Assembly: GCF_018977255.1 (NCBI RefSeq)
Contig: NW_024704746.1
Span: 52,204,001-52,268,000 of the forward strand
Reading direction: 5' to 3'
Length of the DNA: 64,000 nucleotides
Source of the DNA: Callorhinchus milii
Lineage: Eukaryota
The stretch's first letter is position 1; each line of letters opens with the position of its first letter. Below the pieces are notes generated by a model. That model made no database searches. It was not told where the DNA came from and worked only from the letters and a program-made list of their open reading frames with translations. Below, piece by piece: positions 37,333 to 48,944 of this stretch. The translations under genes were made by a program, and so were the position numbers.

Positions 37333-37398
37333 TTGGCAGAGCAGCAGGGGTGTTGCGCAGATCCAATGCGCCTGTTCGCTGGGGCTGTATCCCGGAGA
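37333..37398 (-). CDS. FOXM1: Candidate FOXM1 alternative exon (positional equivalent of exon A1/Va)
   Basis: CCCTCCATGCAG| 66 nt |GTAAGA, phase 0/0, SPGYSPSEQAHWICATPLLLCQ. A second acceptor gives another reading (see findings). Confidence 0.45.
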
Positions 37399-37908
37399 CT
37401 GCATGGAGGGAGCATCAACCCAGAATGAGAATTGGTTCAACATTAACACACAGGGAAAGGGAAGGTTCACTTCAAACCAGCAAAGGGCCAGCAAACACGT
37501 GCAAAATGTCACATGTTGTCCTGGAGCACTTCATCCAGCAGGTAGGATTGCAATGCCACAGAGGATATTCTCACTCACTTCCTTAGCGACGGGATACTCT
37601 GACATTGTAAACCCAGCAAGCATGCAGTCTGATCAAGCAATCTCTACTGTTCTGCCTTGGCTGGCTACTTTCCACAGGGGACCTATCTGCTGTGCCAGAC
37701 ATTACTACAACTGATTCAGAGAGAACTTGCAGCCCTAATGAACGCAGATTGATCAGCTGCTCCTTAAAGACTTCATCTTTGTCCCAACCAACTGTTCTTG
37801 CCCTAGTCTTCTCAGCAAATTGAGATTTTTAGCAACAGAACTAAGTGAGGAAACTGAACCCGGAAGAATCTACTGGTAAACAATAAGCCCATGCTGTGCA
37901 GCACACAC

Positions 37909-38037
37909 CTTCACCACCTGATCAAGGGTCAGGAAGCGGTTGGCCTCGGCCCGGATGGTCCAATGGGATATCTTGCCATTGTGAGAGGTCTGGCGGATGA
38001 ACATGTCGTGCAGGGACAGGTTGTGACGGATGGAGTT
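37909..38037 (-). CDS. FOXM1: FOXM1 forkhead domain, second exon
   Basis: NSIRHNLSLHDMFIRQTSHNGKISHWTIRAEANRFLTLDQVVK, 129 nt, canonical AG/GT. Confidence 0.95.
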
Positions 38038-38776
38038 CTGTGAGAAAGAAGGCGAATGAGTCGAGATTCATGGGGAAGAAGAGTCAATCACTGAGGGAAC
38101 TACAAGTTCTCACAGGCCCTTGCCTAATCTGATCAGAGAATGTTAACCAGCCAGAACAAAGCTGGATGTTTCACCCATTGTTTCCTCCTGTCCATTCCAC
38201 AGATGTTTCCTGATCCCAGGCATCACTGACTGATCCAAACTGCTCTGGTTATTTTCCCATCAGCATGGACAAGGCAGGAGGTGTGTAGCAGTGACTGGAA
38301 AATGTGGGATGGGAGAACAGAAGTACACCGGCATTCCTGCATTTAATGGTTCCAGATTGGGGGCAGCTGCCAGGGGTGGACTGGGAGAGCCTAGGTGAGG
38401 ACAGCTGGGAACATTTACAATCACTTAGAAGCTTCAATGAACAACAGAGATAGACCAAGTGCACATGACATGGAGTCTGAATGTGTTCTCACTCTGACAT
38501 CTCTCCCCCTGGCTGAAATCCATGTTAACACATCTCTATAGAGAGGTTGAATGCTCTCAGCACCCACAACTTCACCTGTGCTCCTTTGGCCAGCCAAAAA
38601 CCATCCAGGCACAGGCTCTGGGCAGAACGTGTTTATCAATGGGAAGGAGGTTTACAGATCCTAGATCTGGAACAAAGCAGCAAGAAGGAAAGAGATTGTG
38701 AATCTCCAACCTCCTCCCCCAAGGCAAGCAGCTGACCTAACACCAGTTATCTAGACACCGCATCTGTGATACCTAC

Positions 38777-38935
38777 CTTCCAGCCAGGCTTGGCCACATG
38801 TTTGAAGTACGGGAAGTGATCTTCAATCCAGGTGTAGATTTCTTTCAGCGTCATTCTTTTGCTCTGGGTGCTGTTTATCGCAAACTGGATCATGGCCATG
38901 TAGGAGTAAGGGGGTCTCTCATGGACGGACTCCAC
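38777..38935 (-). CDS. FOXM1: FOXM1 forkhead domain, first exon
   Basis: VESVHERPPYSYMAMIQFAINSTQSKRMTLKEIYTWIEDHFPYFKHVAKPGWK, 159 nt, TGCAG|GTG and AAG|GTAGGT. Confidence 0.97.
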
Positions 38936-39989
38936 CTGCAATCAGCAAATCACTCACATCCATTCTGAACATCAACCTTAAAGCAAATTTCACCTGCCTC
39001 GCACCAAACTCCCAGTGCCATCGTCTGAGAGTTAACTGAAGCTTAGACATTAGGTCCATGAGAAAAGCTCAATGTAACAAATACGCCCAGGTCAGGCACA
39101 ACACATATAAGGCACACTAAAAAACCTCCCTTGACACTGTCCTATCAGCATTCTCAGGTAATGTACATCAAGAGTGAGATACAGAGTAAAGCTGGTTCTG
39201 AGCTGTTCTGTCAGCACTCCCAAGGTAAAGTACAACATATGAAAGAAAGATATTGTATTTTTATAGCAACTTGTTATGCCAAAATGTCTCAAAGGTCTTT
39301 GCAAGTTATTGACCTGGATGGAAATCAGAAGCAAGAACCCTGACTGATTTTCCCATCTGGAGTGCCAAAAGCTGCTGAAGCCAAAGTCAGCCTTGACTGA
39401 CATCATTAACTGCATAATTAGATTGGAACAGAATCTGCAATGTCCCTGACCTACATGGCTCAGTTGCCCGTGAGCTGCAGCATTCAACGACCAAGAATGC
39501 TCTCAAAACATAAATGATAGAATGTATATAAAAACTGGGACAATTTGTATGATGGTCATGTTGTGAAGCATTTGTTGGCAGTGAGCAAAGAGGAGCAGGG
39601 GTTGAGAAATGTGCACTTGGTGTAGTCACACCGTCTCGGGCCGCTTGCCCCTACTGAACCCAAAGTGTAAATCACAAATTCCAAAACACTTCAAACCATT
39701 CAATTCATACCAGCACTTCATGCAAGAGGTCCATCAGCCACAACACAAAGTCTTTGCCCCTGTGACAGTGTTTTTATCTATGTCTGTTCCCAAAGGCCTG
39801 TGTGCCCTTGGTCCTGGAGCCCCCTGGCCTATGTAATCTGGGCCTGCCTACCCCAGCCCATGTGGCCTCTGATCTAGGGTCTGTGGCCTGTGCTGACTTT
39901 CTATCCACCACTTCCCAAGAATTCAGTTCCAATGTTTTTATCTCAAACAATAAAATCTTTGATGTGCCTTGTGTAAATACGACTTGCAT

Positions 39990-41970
39990 ATGGTGCATAA
40001 CTTATAAAACTGCCAAGAAAAGCAGCAAATCTGAAGATTGAGAGTTTTAGAAACCAGCAAAAAAAAAACTAAAAGACACATTGAGAGCGAGAAATGGAGT
40101 ATGAGGGTAAGCTAGCTGGGAACATTAAGTCTGATTGTAAAAGTTTTTACAAATACATTAAGAGGAATAGGCTAGTGAGGGCAAATGTAGGTCCACTTCA
40201 ATCAGAGACGGGAGAAGTTGTAATGAGGGATAAGGACATGGTCGAGTCCCTAAATGGGTACTTTGCATCTGTCTTCACCCTAGAAGACACAACAAGTCTG
40301 CCAACAATAGAGGGGATAAGGACAGAGAGCAACTTAGGGAAATTTTCATTAGTAGAGAATTGGTGCGAGGGAAACTGTTAGCACTAAAAAGTGCCAATTC
40401 CCATCTTCCGGATGGCTTGCATCCCAGGGTTTTAAAAGAGATAGCTTATGAGACAGTGGAAGCCTTGTGTCTGAGCTTCCAAAATTCCTTGGATTCTCGA
40501 ACAGTCCCCATGGATTGGAAGATCGCAAATGTCACACCACTATTTAAAAAAGGTGGAAAGGAAAAGATGGGGAACTATAGGCCAGTTAGTCTCACATCAG
40601 TGATAGGAAAATTTTTAGAATCGTTGATTAAGGATGTGGTAGTGCGGTATTTAGGGGAGCACAATATAATTAGGCCAAGTCAACATGGCTTTACAAAAGG
40701 GAAGTCATGTTTGACAAATCTCATAGAGTTTTTTGAGGATATTTCAAGTAAAGTAGATAAGGGTGAATCAGTGGATGTGATCTATTTGGACTTCCAGAAG
40801 ACATTCGATGAGGTGCCGCATAAAAGGTTAGTCCAAAAGATAAGGGCCCATGGAATTGGGGGGAGCATATTCACGTGGATTGGGGAATGGTTAACGGGTA
40901 GGAAACAAAAGAGTAGGGATAAACGGGTCCTTTTCAGATTGGCGGGATGTGACTAGTGGAGTGCCACAAGGATCAGTCCTTGGGCCTCAGCTATTTACCA
41001 TCTACATCAACGATCTAGATGAGGACATCAAAGTTAATATATCTAAATTCGCGGATGACACAAAACTAGGAGGAAATGTCAACACAGAGGATGACATTAA
41101 AAAAATGCAGCGCGACATAGATAGGTTAGGTGACTGGGCAGGTAGGTGGCAGATGAAGTATAATGTAGGGAAGTGCAAAGTCATCCACCGAGGTAGCAAA
41201 AACAGTAGAGCCGATTTTTTTTAGAAGGGGAGAGATTGGAATGTGTTAGCGTCCAGAGGGACTTGGGTGTCCTTGTACACCAATCGCAGAAAGTTAGTCT
41301 GCAGGTGCAGGAAGCAATTAGGAAGGCGAACGGTATATTCATTATGAAAGGATTAGAGTATAAGAGTAGGGAAATCTTGCTGCAACTGCATAGGGTCCTG
41401 GTGAGACCACACCAGGAATACTTGTGCAGTTTTGGTCTCCTTATTTAAGGAAGGATGTACTGGCCTTGGAGGGGGTGCAGCGTAGATTTACTAGGTTAGT
41501 ACCAGGGATGAAGGGGATGAGTTACGAGGATAGGCTGACCAATTTGGGCCTATATTCTCTGGAATATAGAAGAATTAGAAGGGATCTTATAGAAACCTAT
41601 AAGATCATCAAAGGGCATGATAGAGTAGACAGTGGGAGATTGTTTCCCCCGGTTGGAGAAACTAAAACCAGGGGGTCACAACCTTAAAATCAGAGGCCAG
41701 CCCTTTCGCACTGAGTTGAGGAAGAACTTCTTCACTCAAAGGGTGGTGAATGTATGGAACTCACTACCCCAAAGGGCTGTTGACGCTCAGTCCTTGAACA
41801 TATTCAAGACTGAGATAGATAGATTTCTTATTGCGAAAGGTATTAAGGGATATGGGGATAAGGCAGGGTTAGGTTATTAGCTGGAGTTAGATTAGAAGAT
41901 CAGCCATGATTGAATGGCGGGGCAGGCTTGAAGGGCCGAATTGCCTACTCCTGCTCCTACATGCTATGTT
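39990..41970 (+). mobile_element. CR1 LINE, 5'-truncated, frameshifted ORF2 (RT)
   Basis: [61 protein letters not shown] and NFFTQRVVNVWNSLP; CR1 3' UTR GAAGGGCCGAATTGCCTACTCCTGCTCC. Confidence 0.92.
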
Positions 41971-42029
41971 ATAATAATCCCAGTGTTTATGAAAAGTTTG
42001 CAACCACATGGGCAGGAGCAGGCACTTAC

Positions 42030-42178
42030 AGAGCTGCTTTCTGCTGGTGGTTCCTGGTTCTCCTTCTCCACCTCCTCCTTCACACTGCATGCACCCAGGC
42101 TGTCAGTGCTCATCTTACCCAGCCACTGGATGTTGGTCAGGCTGTCATCAAGGGGAGGGCCTCCTGGGCCTGTTGCAC
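42030..42178 (-). CDS. FOXM1: FOXM1 coding exon 2
   Basis: GATGPGGPPLDDSLTNIQWLGKMSTDSLGACSVKEEVEKENQ...; conserved SLTNIQWL and a KEN box; 149 nt, phase 1/0. Confidence 0.93.
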
Positions 42179-42604
42179 CTACGAATGTGGAACAAGATAG
42201 CAGAAATTAACATTGCCTGTCAAAGGATTAGTCAGCGGACAGCCCAGAGAATGCTCACTGGATATAGCACTTGGCACCTAGTACAATATACAATTCGAGG
42301 ATCTGAAGTGTTCACATCCCACCCAAATGCAGAATACCTACAGTGAAGAGCTTACACTGGGGAGCCCAACACAGTCAAAGTACTGATTGCTCCCAAATCT
42401 GAATTGAAACCTCCATTTGAGAGGATATTCCAAATAGCCAACCCAAGGGCTCAGTAATTAACAGTTCAAACTTTGTTCATGAGTTTTAGAGATCATCTGA
42501 TGCTCTGAATTCTGCAATCTAGGAGTTAGGAATACATCTTGCAAAGGAATCGGTTACTCAAAAATTATTCCTAAACTATACCGCACAAGACAGCATTGCA
42601 AGTC

Positions 42605-43610
42605 AACAACAACAACAAGATTAATTTGTATAGCGCCTTTCAGTTGGGAGGACGTCCCAAAGCGCTGGACAAAGTGTAGCATTTCAGACCCAAGCTGGGG
42701 TCAGGAGGGGAAGGGAAAAGGGGGTGGTCGATGGCATGGTCGAAGAGCAGGGTCTTGAGGCGGGACTTGAAGGAGGCTTAGGTGGGGGCGAGGCAGAGTG
42801 AGTGGGGGATGGAATTCCAGAGATTGGGAGCAGAGTGGCTGAAGGCTCTCCCGCCAATGGTGGGGCGGGTGGGTCAGGGGACGTGGAGCAGGCCAGAGAC
42901 GGCTGAGCGGAGGGAACGGGTGGATAGGTGGGGGTTAAGAGGTCGCAGAGGTAGGGTGTGGCGAGGCCATGGAGGGCTTTGTAGGTGAAGACCAGCATCT
43001 TGAACTGGATCCTCTGAAGGATAGGGAGCCAATGGAGTCGGGTGAGAATGGGGGAGATGGGATCACGGTGTTTGGTGCGGGAGAGAACACGGGCTGCAGA
43101 GTTCTGGATTATCTGCAGCCGGTGGAGGGAGGAGTTGGGAAGGCCGACAAGCAAGACGTTTGCATAGTCGAGCCTGGAGGTGATGAAGGCATGAACAAGA
43201 GATTCAGCGGCCTGAGGGGTGAGGTAGTGGCGGAGTCGGGCAATGTTACGGAGGTGAGGGAAGGCAGAGCGGGTCATGGCTTGAATGTGGGGAAGAAAAG
43301 ACAGTTGAGGGTCGAACAAGACACCCAGGTTCCTGACTGGCTCGGTGAGTTGTAGTGTGCAACCATGGAGGTTGATGCTGCCAGAGCCTGAGGTGCAGAG
43401 GCGCTGGTGTGAGACAATCAGGAGGGCCACAGTCTTGTTCACACTCAACTGTAGGAAATTTGCCCTCATCCAGGACTTGATGTCCGGCAGACAGTCTGTC
43501 AGGACAGCAGTAGTCCTGGAGAGACAGAGTTGGGTATCATCCGCATACACGTGGAAGTTGATCCCATGTCTGCGGATGATGTCAGCAAGGGGGAGGATGT
43601 AGATGTCAAC
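42605..43610 (-). mobile_element. L2 LINE 3' fragment with a 312-codon RT remnant
   Basis: YADDTQL, NFLQLSVNKT and LHWLPILQRIQFK, with the L2 tail at 42605-42670. Confidence 0.9.
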
Positions 43611-45830
43611 ACAATACAACAACTAACATTTATATAGCGCCCCTCACGCTGGGTAATTGTCTCTTTGCGCTAGACAGTGGCGGAGCATGACGCTGAGCTG
43701 GGGGAAGGGGGAGGTGACTGTAGGCACTGTCTAAGTGGAAGGTCTTCAGGAGCAACCTGAAGATGGGGAAGGGGCAGGACGGAGGGATAGAGGGTTCCAG
43801 AATTTTGAGGTGTAGTGACTGAAAGTGCAGTCGCCAATGGTGCAACGGAGGGCATGAGGGACATGCAGAAGGTCAGAGCCAATTGAGCTGAGGCATTGAG
43901 TTGTGGGGTAAGCAGGTCAGAGAGGTTGGGAGATGCCAGGGCATGAAGGGATTTGAAAACGAGTGTGAGGATCTTGAAATTGATTCATTCGGTGATAGAG
44001 AGTCAGTGGAGCCTGGCTAGAACTGGTTTGATGGGATTATAGAGTTTTCTGTGGTGTTTTGGATTAGCTGGATCCTGTACATAGTGGAGCTAGGGAGACG
44101 GGCAAAGAGGGTATTTGAAAAGTTGAGTCGGGAGGTGACAAATCCATTTTTCAACTGCGTCTGGGGTAAGGTACAGTCGGGGGTGGGCAATGTGGCGGAG
44201 GTGGAGAAAGGAAGTCCTGGTCAGGGACCAGATGTGGGGAAGAAAGGACAGCTGTGGGTCGAACCTGATGCCTAGGTTGTGCACTGGTTCGGTTTACTGG
44301 GAGGTTGAGGAGGTCAGTGCCGCAAGATAGACGATGTTGATGGGAGCTGAGTATGCCTTCCATCTTGTCAACATTTAGTTGTAGAAAGTTTTCGCTCCGC
44401 CAGGCCCTGATGTCCGCCAGACAAGCTGGCAGAATATCGGTCGACCCGGACTCGCAGCTGGTGGAGGAGAACTAGATGTGTGGGTCATCTGCATACATTT
44501 ACGTTTAACCCGTTTCTGTGGATGACATCATTACGACGGAGTACATAGATGAGGAAGAGGAATGGGCCGAGGATGGAGTCCTAGGGTACACCACAGGTGA
44601 CCGGGTGGGGGGGAGAAACCAGTCTACGAGGTCCCACTTAGATGGATGAGGATGACTTGCCCGACTGTCGAACACGGCAGAGAGGTCCAGGAGGACAAGG
44701 AGGCAGAGAGAGCCCTTGTCACAGAGAGCGAGGATGTCGTTTGTGACCTTGACAAGCACCGTCTCTGTGCTATGGGCAGGGGGGAAATCAGACTTGAGGG
44801 CCTCGTGGAGGGAGAGGTGAGAGCAAAGTTGGTTCCAGAGCTTTGGCAAGAAAGGGCAGATTGGAAATGCGATGGTAATTTGTGAAGTTGGGAGGGGTCA
44901 ACGGTGTTTTTTTTGAGGAAGGGAGCGATGGCAGCAGTTTGAAGGAGGAGAAGAACAGAACCTGAGGAGAGCGACTGTTTGACTGTGTCGGCCAACAGCA
45001 GGGAGAGGAGGGCAGGTTGGGTGACCAGCAACTGGGTGAGGAGGCAGCAGGTGGTGGGCTTCATCTGAGAGATGGTGGTTGAGAGGGAGGGGGGAGTTTG
45101 GGAGTAAAAGGCACTTTGGGCCTGCGAGAGGAGATAATTGCTAAGATCCTCAAGTCATACCTGGCGGTGAGGCCAGATATGTACCATCTGCACTTGAGCA
45201 CGCGGGTTTTAGTTTTGAAAGAGCAAAGGTTGTACCAGTGGAGCGGGTAGATTTGGAGACAGCCCTGGATTTCAGGGGGGCAGGCAGTTGATGATTGCAG
45301 AGAGGCAATCGTTTAGAAGATTGATGGCTGCATCAGGATCGTTGCGGCTGGAAGTTCAGAGGGAGAAGAGATCCGAGGAAGAGGGACTCGGGTGGAAGTT
45401 TTTTCCAAAGTCGGAAAAAAATGATGGAGGGCTAGGAGGAGCGGTGGGGGATGCGGGAGGAGAGGGAAATGAGGAAATGGTCTTAGATGGCCTTATCTAT
45501 GATGCTCAGATCAGAGCTGTCAAGGCCATGAGCGATAACAAGGTTGAAGGGATGCCACAGCTGTGAATCGGGGCGTTTATGTGGAAGGTGAGTGTGGAGA
45601 GGAGGGCAGTGAAGACAGAGGAGATGGGGCAAGAGGTGTTTAGGTGGAGGTTGAAATCACCCATTATGACCAGGTGTTCAGAGGGATGAGAGGAGAGAGA
45701 TGTCAGGGATGAAGAAGCCAGGCGGTTTGGGAGGACAGTAAATAAGGAGGATTTTGAAGGTGAAGGAGCGGAGGTACTGGTTTAAATGTTCAAAAGAGGG
45801 GAAGGAGCCAGAGTAATAGGGGGATAAAAT
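43610..45830 (-). mobile_element. Older decayed L2 LINE (endonuclease to 3' end)
   Basis: [44 protein letters not shown] and NLGIRFDPQLSF fragments. Confidence 0.8.
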
Positions 45831-46012
45831 AGAGGTTGGAATCGATTTCAAAGGATCAATGGTTAAAACATAAAATAACTGATCCCAGAAGTGAGTGACA
45901 GGCTGGAATCTGATTGGGTATTTGGTGGATTGAAACATATTCCCTTTTAATAAATCTGTTTTTAGCAATGTTGTATCTTGGGACAAGTCTCCTGTGCCAG
46001 GTTATTTCCTAC

Positions 46013-46658
46013 CTGTACCAGCTTCCTTGTTGGTGAGAGTCAAAGGTACCAGAGTATCCGCTGTTTCGAAAGATGGAAGTTCCTCCTCTTTTTTGATGAT
46101 TCGTAAGCCGAGATCAGCCGGATGTACCTGGTCACTTACAGCAGCAATGCGGAGGTCAGGCTCCCCTTGACATGTCACAGACTTTCCACCACCTTGGCTG
46201 AGCGGTTGAATGCCAGTCTCGGAGGTGCGTGGATCTTTGCTGCTCACAGATGGCCCATAGCGAGACGATGATGAGCCATTGCTGCTCAGCAGAATAAACT
46301 TTTTGGGGCCATTGGTGCCACTCTCTTTGCCTTTCGCTGTCAGCACTTTGATGATGCTTTGCAAGTCCGCATTGCGTGGAATCACCACCACTTGGGTGTT
46401 GGGTATAGATGGGTGATTGGCAATCCGAATACCCTCGGGGAATTTCTGGCTCTCAAGCTGTGGGTCATGTTGTGAGGTGCCCATGCCACCAATCCCTGGG
46501 CAGCCACTTGCCACATCACACCCACTACTCCCACGTTTGCTTTTACCGCCGTCGGCCTCATCCCGACCAGGATCCTGCTGCACGTCTGTGGGCCCGCTGA
46601 AGCTCAGGGGCCGTTTCCTGCGTTTCAGGATCAGAGGTCTCCTTGGGCTCGCCTTCAT
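46013..46658 (-). CDS. FOXM1: FOXM1 first coding exon (N-terminal repressor domain)
   Basis: MKASPRRPLILKRRK...FPEGIRIANHPSIPNTQVVVIPRNADLQSIIKVLTAKGKESGTNGPKKFILLS. Acceptor at 46702, donor ACAG|GTAGGA. The constitutive exons sum to 2202 nt (733 aa). Confidence 0.97.
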
Positions 46659-47754
46659 TTTAACCCCTACAGCAGCCTCGCCAGCATCAGTCTACAAAGA
46701 ACCTGTAACAACACAACAAATGAGAAACAATCTGATGTAAAGAAGCAGGCGTGGCAGGTCACAAGGACTTACTCTCTCTGAGGCACCATTTACAGATTTA
46801 CAATAATCCTTGCTTTCGATAAAGGACTGATAATAGGCTCTCAAATGTAGTGATTTTTGTTGGCAATGTAAGTCATTTTGGGCACAGCAATTGTCAATGT
46901 CAGTCTGCATCAGTGGAAGCACTCCTGTCTCTAAGTCAGAAAATTGTGGGTTACGAACTCACACAATCTACGATGACACTCCAATGCAGTGCATGGTCGG
47001 ATGTGCCATTCTTCAGATGAGACTTTAAATTAAGGTCCTGTCTGCCTGTTCAGGTGGACGTTAAAGAACCCATAGCTATTCAATATGAGGAGGGAGTTTC
47101 TCTCGTTGTCCCGGTGATTATTATTATTATTATTGGCAGCCACACAGTGAATGACCAATTTGTTTGGAGGATTGCCGGCCAGGACACTCCGAGATGCTTC
47201 CTTCTATTTTCAAATGTCTAACTCTTTTCAGGATTTCTAATATCGAGCTAAACAGGTAGATGGAACCATAGTTTAATGTCTTAGTTTAATAAGAACCGGC
47301 TTGAGGGAGGGGAGGCTGTGATCCCGGAGGCCTCAGATAGCAGTGAAATTGTAGCATCTCTGACAATCTGACTCTGTGTGGATGTGACCAGACTATGTTC
47401 AGGTTCCTGATCCATTCCCATATCACTGTTCCAGGAACCCCTCATTTCCTGTCTGAGTGACTGTGCAATCACTGCTAACCTGAGGCTGGGGATCACAGCC
47501 TCCCCTCCCTCAAGCCGGGTCTTGAGACCCATCTCTTCAACCTCACCTTTGGTCAACTCACCGACTCCCTCCCTCCCCCCTCCCGATCCCAAACCCCCAG
47601 CTTGGGTGCAAATCATTGACTGTCCAGCGCTCTGGGAATACCTCCATCCTCCCAATGTCAAAGGTGCTATACATATGCAATTTGTGTTGTTCTCGTTGAT
47701 CCATCTCTTACCTGCATGGTTAGGCTTTTAGGGTCTGCTCTGTCCGCTCTCTCC

Positions 47755-48062
47755 GGGGGCCGGGGGGGGGGCTGTCCGGGGGCCGGGGCCGGGCCGGGGG
47801 GGGGGCTGTCCGGGGGGGGGGGGGGCTGTCCGGGGGGGGGGGGGGGGTGTCGGGGGGGTGCTGTCCGGGGCGGGGGGGGCTGTCCGGGCGGGGGGGGCTG
47901 TCCGGGGGGGGGGGGCTGTCGGGGCCGGGCCGGGGGGGGCTGTCCGGGGGGGGGGCTGTCCGGGGGGGGGGGGGGCTGTCCGGGGGGGGCTGTCCGGGGG
48001 GGGCTGTCCCGGGGGGGGGGGCTGTCCGGGGGGGGGCTGTCCGGGGGGGGGGGGGGGGGGCT

Positions 48063-48127
<65 letters not shown>

Positions 48128-48260
48128 CTGCCTCCGGGGGGGGCGGGGGGGGGGGGGGGGGCTGTCCGGGGGGGGGCTGTCCGGGGGGGGCTGTCCGGGG
48201 GGGGGCTGTCCGGGGGGGGGGCTGTCCGGGGGCGGGGGGGCTGTCCGGGGGGGGGGGGGG

Positions 48261-48294
<34 letters not shown>

Positions 48295-48428
48295 CGGGGG
48301 GGGGGGGGGGGGGGGCTGTCCGGGGGGGCTGTCGGGGGGGGGCCGGGGGGGGGGCCGGGCCGGGGGGGGCTGTCGGGGGGGGGCTGTCGGGGGGGGCCGG
48401 GCCGGGGGGGCTGTCCGGGGGGCTGTCC
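47755..48428. repeat. Extremely G-rich minisatellite, unit approximately Gn-CTGTCC
   Basis: Dozens of GGGGGGGCTGTCC units and poly-G runs of up to ~60 nt; run lengths may be assembly errors. Confidence 0.9.
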
Positions 48429-48904
48429 CTGATTGCCCGCTAACAGTCCTGGGCTGACAGATTGTAACCACTCGGGGTGTCCGCGTGTTGCCGCTGTGGG
48501 CTCTCGGGGGGCGGATGGTACCGGAGCTGTTAGTTTGTAGCCAGTGGTGGTGGTGGTGGTGGTCTCTCGGTTCCGGGTTGATGTTCTGGCGGTAAATCCG
48601 GAAGTCAGAGCCTTGTTGGTGCCGCAGTGTGTTCCGGGCTGTGCCGGAGTGTCCCGCTCTGGGCGGAGCTGATCTTTATTACTTGGTTCCGGGGTCTCTC
48701 GCTGCGGCTCAGTCTGTGTCTGATCTGTTTCTCTGAGTCAGTCTCTCCCGCTCTCCAGGATCAGTCTCTCTGGTCTCAGTTTCCTCCTCTGTCTCGGCCC
48801 AATGTCTCTCTGGTCTCAGTCTCCCCCGCTTCTCTGATCTCAAATCTTTCTTTCTCTCAGTCTATTTTAATGTCTTTGCCCCCACTCGCTCCGATCTGAC
48901 TCTG

Positions 48905-48910
48905 GACTCA

Positions 48911-48944
<34 letters not shown>

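Noticed and set aside
47716-48471. Gly-rich and Pro-rich ORFs
   Set aside because: Artefacts of the poly-G/CTGTCC repeat.
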